Below, piece by piece: positions 58,201 through 64,000 of a DNA stretch of 64,000 nucleotides. The translations under genes were made by a program, and so were the position numbers. The first letter of the stretch is position 1. Each line of letters starts with the position of its first letter. The notes below the pieces were generated by a model, which saw only the letters and a program-made list of their open reading frames with translations, had not been told where the DNA came from and did not search any database. This DNA comes from Eledone cirrhosa (lineage: Eukaryota). The DNA lies in NCBI GenBank assembly GCA_964016885.1, contig OZ024741.1, positions 253,642,001 through 253,706,000 of the forward strand. The letters run 5' to 3'.

Positions 58201-61200
58201 CTAACATCACAACTAACATCACCACCAACATCACCACTAACAGCACAACTTACATCACAACTAACATCACAACTAACATCACCGCCAACATCACCACTAA
58301 CAGCACAACATACATCACAACTAACAAGACAACTAACATCACCACCAACATCAACACCAACATCACCACCAACATCACCACCAACATCACCACCAACATC
58401 ACAACTAACATCACAACTAACAAGAAAACTAACATCACAACTAACATCACCACCAACATCACAACTAACATCACAGCTAACATCACCACCAACATCACCA
58501 CTAACAGCACAACTTACATCACAACTAACATCACAACTAACATCACCACCAACATCACCACTAACAGCACAACTTACATCACAACTAACAAGACAACTAA
58601 CATCACCACCAACATCAACACCAACATCACCACCAACATCACCACCAACATCACCACCAACATCACAACTAACATCACAACTAACATCACAGCTAACATC
58701 ACCACTAACAACACAACTAACATCACCACCAACATCACAACTATAATCACCACCAACATCACAACTAACATCACCACCAACATCACCAGCAACATCACAA
58801 CTAACATCACAACTAACATCACCAGCAACATCACCAACAACATCACCACTACCATCACCACCACCATCACCACCAACATCACAACTAACATCACCACCAA
58901 CATCACAACCAACATCACCACCAACATCACCACTACCATCACCACCAACATCACCACCAACATCACAACTAACATCACAACTAACATCACCACTACCATC
59001 ACCACCAACATCACCACCAACATCACAACTAACAACACAAGTAACATCACAACCAACATCACCACTAACATCACAACTAACATCACCACCAACATCACAA
59101 CTAACATCACAACTAACATCACCACTACCATCACCACCAACATCACTACCAACATCACAACTAACATCACAACAAACATCACAGCTAACATCAACACTAA
59201 CAACCCAACTAACATCACCACCAACATCACAACTATCATCACCACCAACATCACAACTAACATCACCACCAACATCACCAACAACATCACCACTAACATC
59301 ACCACCAACATCACCACCAACATCACAACTAACATCACAACTAACAAGACAACTAACATCACAACTAACATCACCACCAACATCACAACTAACACCACAG
59401 CTAACATCACCACCAACATCACCACCAACATCACCACCAACATCACAACTAACATCACCACCAACATCACCACCAACATCACCACTACCACCACCACCAA
59501 CATCACCACCAACATCACCACTAACAACACAACTAACATCACGACTAACTTCACCACCAACATCACCACTAACATCACCACTAACATCACAACTAACATC
59601 ACAACCAACATCACCGCCATCATCACCACTACCACCACCACCAACATCACCACTAACATAACCACTAACATCATAACTAACATCACCACTAACATCACAA
59701 CTAACATCACCACCGACATCACAACTAACATCACAACTAACATCACAACTAACATCACCGCCAACATCACCACTAACAGCACAACATACATCACAACTAA
59801 CAAGACAACTAACATCACCACCAACATCAACACCAACATCACCACCAACATCACCACCAACATCACCACCAACATCACAACTAACATCACAACTAACAAG
59901 AAAACTAACATCACAACTAACATCACCACCAACATCACAACTAACATCACAGCTAACATCACCACCAACATCACCACTAACAGCACAACTTACATCACAA
60001 CTAACATCACAACTAACATCACCACCAACATCACCACTAACAGCACAACTTACATCACAACTAACAAGACAACTAACATCACCACCAACATCAACACCAA
60101 CATCACCACCAACATCACCACCAACATCACCACCAACATCACAACTAACATCACAACTAACATCACAGCTAACATCACCACTAACAACACAACTAACATC
60201 ACCACCAACATCACAACTATAATCACCACCAACATCACAACTAACATCACCACCAACATCACCAGCAACATCACAACTAACATCACAACTAACATCACCA
60301 GCAACATCACCAACAACATCACCACTACCATCACCACCACCATCACCACCAACATCACAACTAACATCACCACCAACATCACAACCAACATCACCACCAA
60401 CATCACAACTACCATCACCACCAACATCACCACCAACATCACAACTAACATCACAACTAACATCACCACTACCATCACCACCAACATCACCACCAACATC
60501 ACAACTAACAACACAAGTAACATCACAACCAACATCACCACTAACATCACAACTAACATCACCACCAACATCACAACTAACATCACAACTAACATCACCA
60601 CTACCATCACCACCAACATCACTACCAACATCACAACTAACATCACAACAAACATCACAGCTAACATCAACACTAACAACCCAACTAACATCACCACCAA
60701 CATCACAACTATCATCACCACCAACATCACAACTAACATCACCACCAACATCACCAACAACATCACCACTAACATCACCACCAACATCACCACCAACATC
60801 ACAACTAACATCACAACTAACAAGACAACTAACATCACAACTAACATCACCACCAACATCACAACTAACACCACAGCTAACATCACCACCAACATCACCA
60901 CCAACATCACCACCAACATCACAACTAACATCACCACCAACATCACCACCAACATCACCACTATCACCACCACCAACATCACCACCAACATCACCACTAA
61001 CAACACAACTAACATCACGACTAACTTCACCACCAACATCACCACTAACATCACCACTAACATCACAACTAACATCACAACCAACATCACCGCCATCATC
61101 ACCACTACCACCACCACCAACATCACCACTAACATAACCACTAACATCATAACTAACATCACCACTAACATCACAACTAACATCACCACCGACATCACAA

Positions 61201-64000
61201 CTAACATCACAACTAACATCACCACTACCATCACCACCACCATCACCACCAACATCACAACTAACATCACCACCAAGGTCACAACCAACATCACCACCAA
61301 CATCACCACTACCATCACCACCCACATCACCACCAACATCACAACTAACAACACAACTAACATCACAACCAACATCACCACCAACATCACAACTAACATC
61401 ACAACTAACATCACCACCAACATCACCACCAACATCACAACTAACATCACCACCAACATCACCACCAACATCGCCCCAACATCACCACCAACATCAAAAC
61501 TAACTACACAACTAACAACACAACTAACATCACCACCAACATCACAAATATCATCACCACCAACATCACAACTAACATCACCACCAACATCACCAGCAAC
61601 ATCACAACTAACATCACAACTAACATCGCCACCAACATCACCATCAACATCACAACTAACATCACAACTAACATTACCACCAACATCACCACCAACATCA
61701 CAACTAACATCACCACCAACATCACCACGAACATCACCACTAACATCACAACTAACATCACCACCAAGATCACCACTAATATCACGACTAACATCACAAC
61801 CAACATCACCACCAACATCACCACCAACATCACCATCAACATCACAACTAACATCACAACTAACATCACAACTAACATCACAACTAACATCACAACCAAC
61901 ATCACCACCAATATCACAACTAACATCACCACCAACATCACCACCAACATCACCACCAACATCACAACTAACATCACAACTAACATCACCACCAACATCA
62001 CCACTAACAGCACAACTTACATCACAACTAACATCACAACTAACATCACCGCCAACATCACCACTAACAGCACAACATACATCACAACTAACAAGACAAC
62101 TAACATCACCACCAACATCAACACCAACATCACCACCAACATCACCACCAACATCACCACCAACATCACAACTAACATCACAACTAACAAGAAAACTAAC
62201 ATCACAACTAACATCACCACCAACATCACAACTAACATCACAGCTAACATCACCACCAACATCACCACTAACAGCACAACTTACATCACAACTAACAAGA
62301 CAACTAACATCACCACCAACATCAACACCAACATCACCACCAACATCACCACCAACATCACCACCAACATCACAACTAACATCACAACTAACATCACAGC
62401 TAACATCACCACTAACAACACAACTAACATCACCACCAACATCACAACTATAATCACCACCAACATCACAACTAACATCACCACCAACATCACCAGCAAC
62501 ATCACAACTAACATCACAACTAACATCACCAGCAACATCACCAACAACATCACCACTACCATCACCACCACCATCACCACCAACATCACAACTAACATCA
62601 CCACCAACATCACAACCAACATCACCACCAACATCACCACTACCATCACCACCAACATCACCACCAACATCACAACTAACATCACAACTAACATCACCAC
62701 TACCATCACCACCAACATCACCACCAACATCACAACTAACAACACAAGTAACATCACAACCAACATCACCACTAACATGACAACTAACATCACCACCAAC
62801 ATCACAACTAACATCACAACTAACATCACCACTACCATCACCACCAACATCACTACCAACATCACAACTAACATCACAACAAACATCACAGCTAACATCA
62901 ACACTAACAACCCAACTAACATCACCACCAACATCACAACTATCATCACCACCAACATCACAACTAACATCACCACCAACATCACCAACAACATCACCAC
63001 TAACATCACCACCAACATCACCACCAACATCACAACTAACATCACAACTAACAAGACAACTAACATCACAACTAACATCACCACCAACATCACAACTAAC
63101 ACCACAGCTAACATCACCACCAACATCACCACCAACATCACCACCAACATCACAACTAACATCACCACCAACATCACCACCAACATCACCACTACCACCA
63201 CCACCAACATCACCACCAACATCACCACTAACAACACAACTAACATCACGACTAACTTCACCACCAACATCACCACTAACATCACCACTAACATCACAAC
63301 TAACATCACAACCAACATCACCGCCATCATCACCACTACCACCACCACCAACATCACCACTAACATAACCACTAACATCATAACTAACATCACCACTAAC
63401 ATCACAACTAACATCACCACCGACATCACAACTAACATCACAACTAACATCACAACTAACATCACCGCCAACATCACCACTAACAGCACAACATACATCA
63501 CAACTAACAAGACAACTAACATCACCACCAACATCAACACCAACATCACCACCAACATCACCACCAACATCACCACCAACATCACCACCAACATCACAAC
63601 TAACATCACAACTAACAAGAAAACTAACATCACAACTAACATCACCACCAACATCACAACTAACATCACAGCTAACATCACCACCAACATCACCACTAAC
63701 AGCACAACTTACATCACAACTAACATCACAACTAACATCACCACCAACATCACCACTAACAGCACAACTTACATCACAACTAACAAGACAACTAACATCA
63801 CCACCAACATCAACACCAACATCACCACCAACATCACCACCAACATCACCACCAACATCACAACTAACATCACAACTAACATCACAGCTAACATCACCAC
63901 TAACAACACAACTAACATCACCACCAACATCACAACTATAATCACCACCAACATCACAACTAACATCACCACCAACATCACCAGCAACATCACAACTAAC
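34300..64000 (+). repeat. 12-bp satellite (AACATCACCACC / AACATCACAACT), ~29.7 kb to the window end, with kb-scale higher-order repeats
   Basis: Continuous 12-bp period. Diagnostic variant blocks recur at offsets 1476, 2088, 3756/3767 and 11431 bp (from matching ORF coordinates in the track). Confidence 0.98.

Noticed and set aside
34233-63993. MLVV-repeat and GGDV/SCDV-repeat ORFs on the minus strand
   Set aside because: They are alternative frames of the 12-bp satellite, repeatedly interrupted by stops at recurrent variants.

Overview
Eukaryotic, repeat-rich genomic DNA, very probably from an octopus or other coleoid cephalopod. This is inferred from the cephalopod-type protocadherin, the dense (TA)n/(CA)n/(GTA)n microsatellites and the SINE/LINE mix. 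The only convincing host gene is a protocadherin large coding exon on the minus strand (ORF 561-2981; splice signals suggest exon 582-3008). Upstream are a disrupted R4/Dong-type LINE with a nested RTE-derived insertion, RTE, Tx1/L1 and CR1 fragments, SINE remnants, and three large triplet-derived satellites: 36-bp (~4.3 kb), 24/27-bp (~4.5 kb) and 12-bp (~30 kb, with kb-scale higher-order repeats). Almost all other ORFs in the track are by-products of simple repeats. The most striking unannotated signal is at 25.1-33.2 kb. There I find seven intact-looking minimal type I hammerhead ribozymes with palindromic helix III (Penelope/retrozyme type). Four of them lie within 950 bp in alternating +/-/+/- polarity. 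They are associated with partial tandem repeats, fold-back inversions and (TA)n tracts. All folds were read by eye and none was tested computationally or experimentally.
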